The notes under the pieces were generated by a model. It saw nothing but the letters and a program-made list of their open reading frames with translations. It had not been told where the DNA came from and ran no database searches. This document shows positions 40,501 to 51,640 of a DNA stretch of 64,000 nt, piece by piece; position 1 is the first letter of the stretch; each line of letters begins with the position of its first letter. The stretch is from Terriglobia bacterium (GTDB lineage: Bacteria > Acidobacteriota > Polarisedimenticolia > Polarisedimenticolales > CAVOVZ01). Location: positions 32,013-96,012 of the forward strand of contig CAVOVZ010000028.1 in NCBI GenBank assembly GCA_963699985.1, given 5' to 3'. A program made the translations under genes and the position numbers.

Positions 40501-40587
40501 GACGGCAAACCGGCGGGTCACCGGAGTGGGCGGCGGGGGGCGCGGCTCGGACACGCCAGTGTCGTCGAGCCGCGCCGCCTGGTTCCT

Positions 40588-43500
40588 TCAGCGTCTCCCC
40601 GGCTCGCAGGCATCGCCGACTCCGGGGGTTCCGCCCGTATCGGCCTGATCGCAGTTCACCACGAACGGGCAGTTGTCGTTGCAGGGCAACATCAGACTAC
40701 CCGTGCAAACGCCCGCCGCGCACGACTGGAAGGGACACGCAGTGCAGAGGTTCGTACCGTTCCCCTGTGGGACTCCGTCCCCGTCGATGTCCGGGTCGCA
40801 CGCGTCTCCCAGACCATCTCCGTCGGTATCCTCCTGACCCACGTTCGGGACGAGCGGACAGTTGTCGCAGGGATCACCGACCCCATCGGGGACGGGGAGG
40901 TCGCTGTCTCCTTGAACCGCGGGGAGGTGGTCGCAGTTCAGCTGCGGATCGCAGCAGTTGCTCGGAGAGTCGCACCAATCGGGACAGTTGTCCAGGCTGT
41001 CCTCGCGACGGTCCCCGTCCCGATCGTGGATGCCACCCGGGCAGTGGTAGTCGGTGGGAACCGGGATCCCGTAGAGCAACCGGATCGTCGAGCCCGGGCG
41101 GAAGCTCACGCCCCCCACCGGGACCGAATTCGGGCTGTTGTTCACATAGAGCACGGGCGGTCCTTTGTACTCGTGTACCCCCGCCAGAGTGATCAGGGTG
41201 ATCTTGACCTCTGCGGGGCGCCCCGCGACGACTGCTGCCGAGGCCTTGGGATCACCGACGTTGCATGCGGAATTCACCGCCGCGGCGAATTGCGTGGCGA
41301 TCGCGGCGGCGTCCCCGCCGACCGAAGAGAAGCTGCCGGAGCAGACCGAATTCGCCGTTGGGCTCGACCTGTCCTTGATCGCCCACGGAATCGAGCCGCT
41401 GCTCGAGTTGCCCGTGATCCCGTAGACGCCGGACGAGTTGGCGTTGCCGTCGCGTCCCGCGATCGACTCGATGCAACCCTGACGGGTCACCAGGTAGTAG
41501 AACACGGTCCCGATGTTCGGATCGACCGAGTCCTGCCCCGTCGTGAGCCCGTGCATCGTCGTCGTCACATCTTGTCCCATGCAATCGTGGTTGTAGGGCT
41601 GGGCCGCATCCCACGGCACGCCCGCGCTCTTGTAGCCCCGGTACAAGCTGAATCGAGCTTCGATCCCGTCCGGGCTGTCGTTCATCCACGTGAGGCTCGT
41701 GACCCCGCCGACCCGCCGGAGCCGCAGCTTCGGATCGCTTTCCGCCGGCGGGGCGACCTCGGGCGCCTCGCCGTTCGCTGCGCTGGTGGGATCGCAATCG
41801 CAGACGTCTCCGAACGCGTCGCCGTCGGAGTTCGCCTGGTCGACTTGAATGACGCCTGGACAGTTGTCGACGCAGTCGTTCCATGGGTCGCCATCCACGT
41901 TGGTCGTATTGTCGACTACTCCGTTGCAATCGTCGTCGAGCAGGTTGTTGCACACCTCGGCGCCGGGCCCACGACCCTGACACACCAGCGATCCCTGGTC
42001 CGAGCACAAGTACCTTCCGGGGCCGCATACACCGGGAAACCCTGTATCGCACGGGGTGCCTTTTCCCTCGAAGCCATTGTCGGGCAACCCATCGCAGTCG
42101 TCGTCCAGGTCGTTGCACAGCTCCGGAGTCCCGGCGAGCTGGCTCCAGTCCGGCACCCCGTTGCAGTCGTTGTCGACGTCGTTGCCGTCGCAAAACTCGA
42201 CGTTTCCGGGGAAGCTCGAGGCGTCGTTGTCGTCGCAGTCGTCGGAGACCGCCACGTATCCGGATGGTACCGCGCACGCGATCGTGCTCGCCGCGAGGTC
42301 CCCGTGCCCATCCCCATCCAAGTCGCGATACCAGATCGGTCCCCAGACCCAGCGCCCCGTCGGCGAGCCCAGCAGAACGTGGACACGACCTTCGTCGTTC
42401 TGACCGTTGTCGTGGAAACTCGCACCCACGATCAGGTCGCCGTACCCGTCCCCGTTCACGTCGCCCCCGGCCACCGACGTCCCGAAGAGCGCCGAGGCCT
42501 GGTGCCCGTCGGCGGTCCAGGGCAGCGCGGTCGAGGGGCCGGTCGGAGACCCCAGATACGCGTACACGCGGCCCTGGTCGATCAGGGGGTTCTTGTAGGA
42601 CTTGAAGCCGATCACGACGTCGCCGTAGGGATCCCCATTGCCGCTTCCCGCGCGGGCGATCGAGATCCCACCTGCGCCGTGCCCGACGGCGCCTCCTTCG
42701 ATCTTCCAGGCAAAGGGCTGACCGGGAGTGAGGCCGCTGCTCGAGCCGCGCCAGAAGAACACCGCCCCTGCGTTGATGCCCGCTCCACCCGTGTAGTTCG
42801 GCGCAGTCGCCATCACGTCCGTCCAGCCGTCCCCGTCCACGTCCCCCGCCAGGGCGACCTGGGTGCCGAACCGAGGTGCCCCAACGAGGGTCGGTGTCGC
42901 GGTCCAGCGGCTCGCCAACAGCAGGCCCGGCCCGAAGTAGACGTACGTCGCGCCTTGATTGGAGAGGTGCCCGGGTGCGCCCACGATCAGGTCGTCCGTG
43001 GTGTCGCCGGTGCCGCTCGCGCGCCCTGCCGAGGCGACGGAAGTCCCGAACCTGGCGCCCGCGACGTCCGAGTCCACCGACGTCAGCAACGTCAGGGTCG
43101 TGCTCCCAGTGCTCGGGGTCCGGTAGACGTACACCCTTCCCTCGTTGGTCAACCCGGGCTTGGTGTAGTCCGGTGCGCCCGCGATCACTTCGCTCCTGCC
43201 GTCGCCGTCCACGTCCGCGGCCGCGACCGCGAAGCCGAGGTGGGCGCCCGGCTGTGGGGTCCCGGACACAATCGTCGGCCCCGGCAAAAGGCCGCCACTC
43301 CCGTCGCCGAAGTACACGTACACGCGGCCTGCGCCGGCCCCGCCGTCGTTGTAGTTCGGCGCGCCCACGATCACGTCGCCGAATCCGTCGCCGTTCACGT
43401 CCGCGACCGCGACCGCCGATCCGAAACCGGCGCTCGGCTGCGGCGAGTCCTTCGTGAACAGCAGCGTCGCGGTCCCCTGGGCCGAGCCCTTGTAGGCGTA

Positions 43501-46257
43501 CACCCGGCCGCCCCCCGTGTAGTCCGGGGCACCCACGACCACATCGTCGTAGGAATCTCCGTCGATTCTCCCCGAGGCCACGGCCGCGGCGAAGTGCGCA
43601 CCAGCCCGATCGGACTCCGCGGTCCAGGGCTGCACGAGGTTGTCGAACAAGTTGTCGCAGTTGTTGTCCAGCCCGTCGCAGACCTCGACCGGAAGAGGAC
43701 CGCCCTGACAGGCGCCCCCGACGCAGTGGTCATTGGGAGTGCACGAGTTGCCGTCGCTGCACGGCGCCCCGTCCAGCTTGGGTGGGTTCGAGCAGAGCCC
43801 GGTCTGCGTGTCGCACGTCCCGACGTCGTGGCACGGATCGCTCGCCGTGCACACGACCGGATTCGACCCGACGCAGGCTCCGCCCGAGCACGTGTCGGTC
43901 TGGGTGCAACCGTTCCCATCGTTGCAGGTCGACCCGTTGGGCTTTGCAGGGTTCGAGCAAACGCCCGTGGCGGGGTTGCACGTCCCGACGTCGTGGCACT
44001 GGTCGCTCGCCGTGCACACGACCGGATTCGACCCGACGCAGGCTCCGCCCGAGCACATGTCGGTCTGTGTACAACCGTTCCCATCGTTGCAGGTCGACCC
44101 GTTGGGCTTTGCAGGGTTCGAGCAAACGCCCGTGGCGGGGTTGCACGTCCCGACGTCATGGCACTGGTCGCTCGCCGTGCACACGACCGGATTCGACCCG
44201 ACGCAGGCTCCGCCCGAGCACGTGTCGGTCTGGGTGCAACCGTTCCCATCGGTACAGGTCGACCCGTTGGGCTTTGCAGGGTTCGAGCAAACGCCCGTGG
44301 CGGGGTTGCACGTCCCGACGGCGTGGCACTGGTCGCTCGCCGTGCACACGACCGGATTCGACCCGACGCAGGCTCCGCCCGAGCACGTGTCGGTCTGGGT
44401 GCAACCGTTCCCATCGGTGCAGGTCGACCCGTTGGGCTTTGCAGGGTTCGAGCAAACGCCCGTGGCGGGGTTGCACGTCCCGACGGCGTGGCACTGGTCG
44501 CTCGCCGTGCACACGACCGGATTCGAACCGACGCAGGCTCCGCCCGAGCACGTGTCGGTCTGGGTACAACCGTTCCCATCGTTGCAGGTCGACCCGTTGG
44601 GCTTTGCAGGGTTCGAGCAAACGCCCGTGGCGGGGTTGCACGTCCCGACGGCGTGGCACTGGTCGCTCGCCGTGCACACGACCGGATTCGACCCGACGCA
44701 GGCTCCGCCCGAGCACGTGTCGGTCTGGGTGCAACCGTTCCCATCGTTGCAGGTCGACCCGTTGGGCTTTGCAGGGTTCGAGCAAACGCCCGTGGCGGGG
44801 TTGCACGTCCCGACGTCGTGGCACTGGTCGCTCGCCGTGCACACGACCGGATTCGACCCGACGCAGGTTCCTCCCGAGCACGTGTCGGTCTGGGTGCAGG
44901 CGCTGGCGTCGTTGCACACGCTCGTGTTGTTCACGTGCTGGCAGCCCGACGCGGAGACGCAGGAATCGTTCGTGCATACGTTGCCGTCATTGCAGTTCGG
45001 GGGAGGGCCGCCGACGCACAACCCGGCGGAGCAGGCGTCGTTGGTGGTGCAAGCATCGAGGTCATCGCAGGGGGTCGTGTCCGGTCCGCAAGGGCACTCG
45101 CTCGCCGTGCAGCCCGTCGAGTACTGCGTGGTGTAGGGGACGGTCGAGCTCATCTTGATGAAGTACGCCTCGCCGGGATCGATCGCGAAGTTCGAGGAAG
45201 GGCCACCCGAGTACACCGTATACGTACCGGTCAGGCAGTTCCGGCGCATTACGCTGATGGCGGAGGGCCCGATGCTGGCCCTGAGCTGGCTGGCGAGCGT
45301 AATGGTCGAGCAGTACGGCAGCGAGACGAGGTTCAGCCCGGTGAGGCTCCCCGGTCCGGCTGACCGCAGGTTGAGCGTCATCGATCCGTCGTTTCCCCGG
45401 ATCGTGTAGGAGCTGGGAGCGGTCACGGTCACCATGAAGCCGTCGCCGGGGTTCACGCAGAAGCAGGCCGGCGCACAAGCGGTCTCGGGCACGGGCGGGG
45501 GACAGGTCGTCGGGCCTCCGATGGAACCGTTCCATTGGCAGCAGTTGACCCCGTCCCAGCGCCAGAACGTGTCGTTTGCCGGGTTGAACTTCGAGACGTA
45601 GAGCCGGTTCGGGATGCTTTGAAACAGCGTGGCAACGCTCGTGATCGGGCCCGAAATGGGCAGGGACAAGAGATAGGAATAGGGCGTGGGCGCGCCCGGA
45701 CACGAGTCGTCTTTGCACCGGAGGCCGGGGAACGCCAGCAGGGCTTCATCGGAGCTTCCCGGGGACGAGGAGCGACGGACCGCCCCGCCGATGCCGAGAG
45801 CGTAGCCCGTTTCTTCGTTCCCGACTGCCTCGAGATCGATCAGCTGGCTGTCCTCCGCGGCCCGGGCGTCGACGCCGATCCTCCCCCAGCCCCGAACCGT
45901 CCCGTTCGAGACGGTCAGACCACGGGTCTGCTGCACGTGGATTCCGTCCAGCGATCCGATCGCTCCGATCAACTCGAAGCCCGCGAGGTCGATCGTGACG
46001 TCGTCGGCGGCAACCTCGATTCCGCTTTTGCCGGCGACGCCGGTGATGTTCCCGGTCAGGAAGTACGTCCCCGGCCAGGTGATCTTGAAGAGCGAATCGA
46101 AGTCGCCCGGGGTGGTCTCCGCGCTGATGGGAACGCGGGGCTCGACCTGGTCGAGCGGCTCCGGCGCGGGTCCCGGCTCCGAGCCGCGAACCTGGACGGC
46201 GAGAAAGAGGGCAGCAATGCCGACGAGTGAGAGGAAGATCGCCATTCGCTTCTTCAT
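40588..46257 (-). CDS. Giant secreted adhesin-like protein P2 (paralog of P1; 1,889 aa). It lacks the VCBS propeller and carries seven tandem 55-aa Cys-rich units instead.
   Basis: Signal peptide [25 protein letters not shown]. The unit [53 protein letters not shown] occurs seven times. The ~1,100 C-terminal aa are nearly identical to P1. Confidence 0.9.
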   Translation of the reverse strand: MKKRMAIFLSLVGIAALFLAVQVRGSEPGPAPEPLDQVEPRVPISAETTPGDFDSLFKITWPGTYFLTGNITGVAGKSGIEVAADDVTIDLAGFELIGAIGSLDGIHVQQTRGLTVSNGTVRGWGRIGVDARAAEDSQLIDLEAVGNEETGYALGIGGAVRRSSSPGSSDEALLAFPGLRCKDDSCPGAPTPYSYLLSLPISGPITSVATLFQSIPNRLYVSKFNPANDTFWRWDGVNCCQWNGSIGGPTTCPPPVPETACAPACFCVNPGDGFMVTVTAPSSYTIRGNDGSMTLNLRSAGPGSLTGLNLVSLPYCSTITLASQLRASIGPSAISVMRRNCLTGTYTVYSGGPSSNFAIDPGEAYFIKMSSTVPYTTQYSTGCTASECPCGPDTTPCDDLDACTTNDACSAGLCVGGPPPNCNDGNVCTNDSCVSASGCQHVNNTSVCNDASACTQTDTCSGGTCVGSNPVVCTASDQCHDVGTCNPATGVCSNPAKPNGSTCNDGNGCTQTDTCSGGACVGSNPVVCTASDQCHAVGTCNPATGVCSNPAKPNGSTCNDGNGCTQTDTCSGGACVGSNPVVCTASDQCHAVGTCNPATGVCSNPAKPNGSTCTDGNGCTQTDTCSGGACVGSNPVVCTASDQCHAVGTCNPATGVCSNPAKPNGSTCTDGNGCTQTDTCSGGACVGSNPVVCTASDQCHDVGTCNPATGVCSNPAKPNGSTCNDGNGCTQTDMCSGGACVGSNPVVCTASDQCHDVGTCNPATGVCSNPAKPNGSTCNDGNGCTQTDTCSGGACVGSNPVVCTASDPCHDVGTCDTQTGLCSNPPKLDGAPCSDGNSCTPNDHCVGGACQGGPLPVEVCDGLDNNCDNLFDNLVQPWTAESDRAGAHFAAAVASGRIDGDSYDDVVVGAPDYTGGGRVYAYKGSAQGTATLLFTKDSPQPSAGFGSAVAVADVNGDGFGDVIVGAPNYNDGGAGAGRVYVYFGDGSGGLLPGPTIVSGTPQPGAHLGFAVAAADVDGDGRSEVIAGAPDYTKPGLTNEGRVYVYRTPSTGSTTLTLLTSVDSDVAGARFGTSVASAGRASGTGDTTDDLIVGAPGHLSNQGATYVYFGPGLLLASRWTATPTLVGAPRFGTQVALAGDVDGDGWTDVMATAPNYTGGAGINAGAVFFWRGSSSGLTPGQPFAWKIEGGAVGHGAGGISIARAGSGNGDPYGDVVIGFKSYKNPLIDQGRVYAYLGSPTGPSTALPWTADGHQASALFGTSVAGGDVNGDGYGDLIVGASFHDNGQNDEGRVHVLLGSPTGRWVWGPIWYRDLDGDGHGDLAASTIACAVPSGYVAVSDDCDDNDASSFPGNVEFCDGNDVDNDCNGVPDWSQLAGTPELCNDLDDDCDGLPDNGFEGKGTPCDTGFPGVCGPGRYLCSDQGSLVCQGRGPGAEVCNNLLDDDCNGVVDNTTNVDGDPWNDCVDNCPGVIQVDQANSDGDAFGDVCDCDPTSAANGEAPEVAPPAESDPKLRLRRVGGVTSLTWMNDSPDGIEARFSLYRGYKSAGVPWDAAQPYNHDCMGQDVTTTMHGLTTGQDSVDPNIGTVFYYLVTRQGCIESIAGRDGNANSSGVYGITGNSSSGSIPWAIKDRSSPTANSVCSGSFSSVGGDAAAIATQFAAAVNSACNVGDPKASAAVVAGRPAEVKITLITLAGVHEYKGPPVLYVNNSPNSVPVGGVSFRPGSTIRLLYGIPVPTDYHCPGGIHDRDGDRREDSLDNCPDWCDSPSNCCDPQLNCDHLPAVQGDSDLPVPDGVGDPCDNCPLVPNVGQEDTDGDGLGDACDPDIDGDGVPQGNGTNLCTACPFQSCAAGVCTGSLMLPCNDNCPFVVNCDQADTGGTPGVGDACEPGRR
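43790..44945 (-). repeat. Seven tandem 165-nt (55-aa) near-identical coding repeats inside P2
   Basis: The marker gtgcacacgaccgg recurs at 43847, 44012, 44177, 44342, 44507, 44672 and 44837, an exact 165-nt period. Confidence 0.9.
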
Positions 46258-46354
46258 GAAGAGGCACTCCTTCCGGCTGTGACCCGACGCGCGAGATCTT
46301 GCCCCTCATGGCCCGAGCTGCGCGGGTGGACGCCGGAGTCGGCCGCAGAGGAAG

Positions 46355-46370
46355 CGCAAGCGGCCGGCCA
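46355..46370 (-). promoter_or_regulatory. Candidate sigma-54 (-24/-12) promoter ~100 nt upstream of P2
   Basis: The minus strand reads CTTTGAC-TGGCCG-GCCGC-TTGCG-CTTC with GG-N10-GC spacing. It faces away from the divergent sigma-54 activator gene. Confidence 0.4.
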
Positions 46371-46859
46371 GTCAAAGACCCGCCGCGTTGATCCCGCCGG
46401 CGTGCCTCTCGAGCGGACGCATCCCTCCGCCATCTCACACGGGGACAGCAACTTGGTCGTGCCGAGGGGGACTGCGCGCGGCCTCATTTCGATGCCTGTC
46501 GCGCTCCCTCCATCGCGGGGCAGTTTGCCCCCCCGGGTCGGTTTGCCCCTCAACGGTCTCGATGCGACGACGGCACCCGGCCGAGCCGCGCTGGCCCCCT
46601 CACCGGATGATCGAGCGTCGACCCATCGGAGACGGCTCCTTCTCGCGACGCGAACGCCACCGGGACCGTCGCTCTCGCGGATGCCTGCCGCCGCCATGTC
46701 ACGAGGCGAAGCGCCCCTTCGGGGCAGGCTGCCCCGAGAAGAGGTTGACATCCGGGTCACGCAAGGTGGAGACTGGCGTCACGGCAGACAGCGGCGCGAG
46801 GGGGCCCGAGCATCGGCGAATCACGGCCAGCTTCGACAGGCGCGGAGACGGGAGATCGC

Positions 46860-48827
46860 GTGGGTGCAGAGGGATCGGCGAGCAGTCTTGTTCTCGAAGA
46901 AGCGAGTGCGCTCGCCCTCGTTGGACGATTCGAGGAATGTCTGGCTCTCCTCGAGGGCGTCTCCCGGCGGGAGGGGACCACTGCCGCGATCCTCGGCTCC
47001 ATTCAAGTCCTGAGAGCACGAGTGCTGATCGCGCGAGGGGAGCCCGGTGATTCCGCGGATGCCCGGCAGACCCTCGAACGGCTTCGTCAGCTGCGAGGGA
47101 CTGACGGCTGGCGACTCGACCTGGCTCTGGCCCGACTCGACCACCGCGAGGGACGCCTCGCCGATGCCGCGGCGCTCCTGAAGGAGTCGCTGGAACGCTT
47201 CCGGGCGCAGGGCGAGCTTCACGGGGACGACGTCGCTCTCCTGGCGCCGATGCTCCTGCGCGAGGTGGACCTCCTCGAACGCTCGCGCCCCGGTGCCACG
47301 GCCGCGACTCCCCCCGGCGGCGGCGTACCCGGGCAGAGCGTCGTTCCCGATCCGGGCTCACTGCTTCGCCTGATCGAGCTGGGGAAGCGTCTCGCGGACG
47401 AGGCGGATCCGGAGCAGCTCCTCAGAATCGTCCTGCACGAGGCGATCGATCTGAGCCATGCCGATCGGGGGTTCGTCGTGCTGGTGAGGGACGACACGCT
47501 CGACTTCGCCCTGGCCGAGAACTTGGACTGGTCCGAGGTGGAGAAGCCGACGTTCGAGGTCAGCCGGACGCTGATCCGCAAGGCGATCCAGGAGACGAGG
47601 CCGTTTTTCCTGCGCATGGCCGACGAGGGGGACGGTCACGAGGCGGCGCGGAGCCTCGCCGAGATCGGCGCGCGCTCGGTCGCCTGCGTTCCGATGGTGC
47701 ATGCGGGCGCGACGCTGGGCGTTCTCTACCTGGACGGCCGGAATCCGGCCCATTCCTTCAACGGCGGAAAGGAGCGACTGATCGAGCTATTCGCTTCGCA
47801 GGCCGCCGCCGCGCTCGACAACGCGAGGGCGCATCGAGCCAAGAGCCAGGCGCTGGAGGCGGCGGAGGAGACGATCCGGCGCCGGCGCAGGGACGAGGAG
47901 CGGAGGGAGCGGTACTTCGAGCTGATCGGTGCGTCGGACGAGATGCAGGATCTCTACCGGAAGATCGACCTCGTCGTTCCGACCGACATGCCGGTGCTGA
48001 TCCTCGGCGAGACGGGAACCGGCAAGGAGCTGGTCGCGCGGCGCATCCACATGGGCGGCCCGCGCCGCGAGCGGGAGTTCGTCGCCACCAACTGCGCGAG
48101 CATGGCGGAAACGCTCCTCGAATCCGAGCTGTTCGGCCACGAGCGTGGCGCCTTCACCGGCGCCGATCGCGCGCGCCCGGGGCTCTTCGAGCTGGCCCAC
48201 CGTGGGACGCTCTTCCTCGACGAGGTGGGGGACATGAGCCCGCGCATGCAGGCCGACCTGCTTCGCGCGCTCCAGTCCGGCGAGGTGCGGCGCATCGGGG
48301 GGCGGGAGACCAAGCACGTGGACGTTCGGGTGATCGCGGCCACTCACCGCGACCTCGCGGAGCTGATCCGCCGCGGGGAGTTCCGTCAGGACCTGTACTT
48401 CCGGCTCAACGTGCTGAGCCTCCACCTACCGCCTCTCCGGAACCACCCGGACGACATTCCTCTACTCGCAGGGGAGCTTCTCGGCCGGCTGGCCGCGGAC
48501 GGACGGCCGGCTCCCGTGGTCTCCGAGCGGGCCATGCGGCGCCTGGTGGCGTATTCCTGGCCGGGGAACGTGCGAGAGCTCGAGAACGTGGTGCGTCGCC
48601 TCCTGGTCCAGCGGGTGCCAACGATCGAGGAGGAGCATCTCCCGGCGGAGATCCTGCGACCGCATGCGCAGTTCGACCGCGCGGGCTCGCTCCGCCGGCT
48701 CGAGGACGACGCCATCCGCGGTGCAGTCGAGGCCGCGGGAGGCAGGCGCGCCGATGCGGCGCGCCTCCTCGGGATCAACCGGAAGACCCTCTACTTGAAG
48801 ATGAAGCGGCTCGGCCTCGACCGCTGA
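46860..48827 (+). CDS. Sigma-54-dependent transcriptional activator (TPR-like N-terminus, GAF, AAA+ sigma-54 interaction domain, Fis-type HTH)
   Basis: A GTG start follows GGGAGA. GAF-like: LSHADRGFVVLVRDDTLDF..ACVPMVHAGATLGVLYLD. AAA+: VLILGETGTGKELVAR..ESELFGHERGAFTGA (GAFTGA motif)..GTLFLDEVGDM..RVIAATHRDL..FRQDLYFRLNV. HTH: AARLLGINRKTLYLKMKRLGL. Confidence 0.9.
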   Translation: MGAEGSASSLVLEEASALALVGRFEECLALLEGVSRREGTTAAILGSIQVLRARVLIARGEPGDSADARQTLERLRQLRGTDGWRLDLALARLDHREGRLADAAALLKESLERFRAQGELHGDDVALLAPMLLREVDLLERSRPGATAATPPGGGVPGQSVVPDPGSLLRLIELGKRLADEADPEQLLRIVLHEAIDLSHADRGFVVLVRDDTLDFALAENLDWSEVEKPTFEVSRTLIRKAIQETRPFFLRMADEGDGHEAARSLAEIGARSVACVPMVHAGATLGVLYLDGRNPAHSFNGGKERLIELFASQAAAALDNARAHRAKSQALEAAEETIRRRRRDEERRERYFELIGASDEMQDLYRKIDLVVPTDMPVLILGETGTGKELVARRIHMGGPRREREFVATNCASMAETLLESELFGHERGAFTGADRARPGLFELAHRGTLFLDEVGDMSPRMQADLLRALQSGEVRRIGGRETKHVDVRVIAATHRDLAELIRRGEFRQDLYFRLNVLSLHLPPLRNHPDDIPLLAGELLGRLAADGRPAPVVSERAMRRLVAYSWPGNVRELENVVRRLLVQRVPTIEEEHLPAEILRPHAQFDRAGSLRRLEDDAIRGAVEAAGGRRADAARLLGINRKTLYLKMKRLGLDR

Positions 48828-48854
48828 GGCGTCGCCGACCCGGGAAGACGGACG

Positions 48855-51640
48855 ATGCTGTCGCGCGAGGAACGGATATTCAGCGAGCTGATCGTCACGC
48901 GCGGACTGATCGCCCGCGATCTCCTCGAGAGGTTCGCGAAGACCAAGTCCGATTCCGGGCCGAGCCTCGCGGAGATCGTGATCGACAGCGGAGGGATCGG
49001 GAAGGACCGCGCGGAGCAGCTCCTGGGAGAGGCCCGCGCGATCGACCGGGATCTGGCTCCCGACCTCCCCGAAGGGATGAAGCTCGGAGACTTCCGCCTC
49101 CTGCGCGAGATCGGACGCGGGCGGGATGGGGATCGTCTACGAGGCCGAGCAGGAGTCGCTCGGCCGCCGCGTCGCGGTCAAGGTGCTCCCGGCCGGTGCG
49201 GCGCTCGACGAGAGGCTCGCCATCCGCTTCCTGAGAGAGGCGCGGGTCACGGCGCAGCTCCAGCATCCGGGAATCGTCCCCGTGTTCGCCAGCGGCCGCG
49301 CCGAAGGCGTCCTCTTCTTCGCGATGGAGCTGGTCGAAGGCCGCTCGCTCGCCGAGGTGGCTTCGGAAGGCCCGATGCAGCCGGAGCGGGCCGCCCGCGT
49401 GGTGGCGCAGGTCGCGCACGCCCTCGATCACGCGCATCAGGCGGACCTCATCCACCGCGACATCAAGCCCGAGAACATCCTTCTGACGGCGGGCGACCGG
49501 GCGCGGCTGACGGACTTCGGACTCGTTCACGAGAACCTCACGGGCCCGTTCACCCTCTCGCGCCACGTGCTGGGCACTCCCGCGTACATCGCGCCCCAGC
49601 AAGCGCTGGGAGAGGGCGTCGATCGCCGCAGCGACATCTACGGCTTGGGCGCCGTCCTCTACACGCTGCTTTCCGGACAGCCGCCATACGCAGGAGAGGT
49701 TCCCTCGGTCGTCCTCTCTCACGTCCTGTCCGGTCCCCCTCCGCGTCTCGGCTCGCTCCGCGCGGAGATCCCGCCGGGCCTCGCGGCGATCTGCGAGAAG
49801 GCCATGGCGCGAGAGCCCGTGGACCGCTACGAGAGCGCGGCGACGCTCGCCGAGGATCTCGAAGCGTTCTTGCGAGGGGACGCGCTCGCGGCCGTGCCGC
49901 GGGTCGAGCCGGCCCGGATCGACCTGCGACGGCGATCCGGAACCGTTTTCAAACTCGTCGTTCCGGCGATCGTGGTCGCCGCCGGCGTATCGCTCGCAAC
50001 CGTCATGATGCGCCGTGGGGCGGGCCCGACCGTCACGGCCGACGCCGTGCCGGCGCCGAAGTTCGTGCTCGCGAACAGACACCCCCGGCATCAAGGCGCT
50101 TCCTTCGCTCTCGCCCGACGGGAAGCTGCTGGCGTATCACGGAGTGCATCGCGGAGGCTGGACCGCGTTCTTTCAGGACCTCGCGAGCCGGGACATCACG
50201 CAGATCAGCGAATGGGCCGGCAACCCCGTCTTCTCGTCTCGACGGCCGCAGCATCGCGTTCACGGCGGGCGAGGTGATCGTCATGGATGTCGAGACCGGA
50301 CCGTAAAGCACCTCGGCGGTCCCTCTTCCGCCGCTCTCGCGTGGTCTCCCGACGGGAAGGAGATTCTCGCGACCGATCGCGGCGGCGCGAGCGGAAGATC
50401 CCTGGGGCGCATCTGGGCTATCGATGTCGCGTCGCGCGGACGTTCGCGTGGTTCGAAGTATCGATGCGCGCGGCCTTGCCTGCTCTCCTCACGGACTCAG
50501 AATCGCGCTCGAATCCGTCGCGGCGGGACAGAGCGACGTCTGGACGATCCCTCGCGGCGAGGGCGACGCGATCCGGCTCACGGACGACGCCGCGGCGGAT
50601 TGGAGCCCGTTCTGGGCGCCGGACGGCCGGCACGTGTACTTCGGCAGCGATCGAGACGGTACGCCCCAGCTCTTCCGCGTCGCGGTGGACGAGGCCTCGG
50701 GCCGGGCCATCGGGAATCCCGAACCCGCCCTGCGCGCCGTCTTCCCCGCCCCGTTCTCCGCCACGCTCTCCGCGGATGGACGGCGGATGGCGTTCGTGAA
50801 CGGCGGAGAGGGGCGAGGGAGACTCTTCCGGTTTCCGTTCGATCCGGTCTCCGGCAGACTGACCTCGCTTCCGCAGGCGCTCCCTCGTCATGCGTCACCT
50901 GCGATGTCCCCTCAGGTATCGCCCGACGGGAGGTCGCTCGTCTATACCGCGCTCACGCCGGAAGAGGATCTGGCCACCACGACCGTCGATGGGCGGGAGG
51001 AGCCTCGCTTCGTCACGAACGACGATTTCGAGGACCGCGCGCCGAGATGGTCTCCCGACGGCGAGCACATCGCCTTCCATTCGAACCGGAGCGGCGCCAT
51101 GGAGATCTGGACGATCCGCCCCGACGGCACGCAGCTGCAGCGGATCACGAAGACCGCGAGCGGGAATGCGGTCTTCCCCGTCTGGTCCCCCGACGGCAAG
51201 CGGATCGCCTACTCCGTCGAGGGTGTCGGGGGCGTACGTGATCGAGTTCCTGAGCGTGCCTGCCCGGAGCCCCTCCCCAGCCGCTTCCGCGCCGTGAATC
51301 CGATCCTCCTTTCGAGCCCTGGTCCTGGTCGCCCGACGGCGAGGTCCTGGCAGGCTCCGCGAATGGCGTCGTGCTCTACTCGATCCGCGACGGGAGCCAC
51401 CGGCGGCTCACCGATTTCGGTGAGAAGCCGGTCTGGCTCGCTGACGGACGCAGCTTGGTGTTCGCCAGCGAGCGGGGCATCTGGATCGTCGACCGCGAGG
51501 AGGGCAAGCCTCGCGAGCTCTACTCGGTCGCGCCCAGCGGGCTGTCGCCGTGTTTCGGCGTCGCCCCGGACCGCCGCTCGATCTACGCGAGCCTCACCGC
51601 ATCGAACGAGGAGATCTGGATCGCGGATCTGCCGCAGTGA
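48855..51640 (+). pseudogene. Ser/Thr protein kinase - TM - TolB-like PD40 beta-propeller, heavily frame-disrupted (at least 6 frame changes)
   Basis: The N-terminal frame ends ..FRLLREIGRG. The kinase continues in the 49126 frame: GMGIVYEAEQ..RRVAVKVL..LIHRDIKPENILL..LTDFGL..GTPAYIAPQ. TM: VFKLVVPAIVVAAGVSLATVMM. PD40 repeats are spread over all three frames: LSPDGKLLAY, LDGRSIAFTAGE, LAWSPDGKEILATD, WAPDGRHVYFGSDRDG, VSPDGRSLVY, WSPDGEHIAFHSNRSG..EIWTIRPDG, WSPDGKRIAYS, WSPDGEVLAG, then ..EEIWIADLPQ-stop at 51640. Confidence 0.8.

Larger units (their letters stand above)
40541..47363. repeat. Segmental duplication, copy 2 (~6.8 kb)
   Basis: See copy 1. It includes P2, its upstream region and the first ~500 nt of the intact activator gene. 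Confidence 0.9.

Noticed and set aside
46444-46466. Sigma-54-like motif CGGCAC-GACCAAG-TTGCT on the minus strand, also present in copy 1 at ~38134
   Set aside because: The GG to GC spacing is 12 nt instead of the strictly required 10. The better-spaced site at 46355..46370 was retained.
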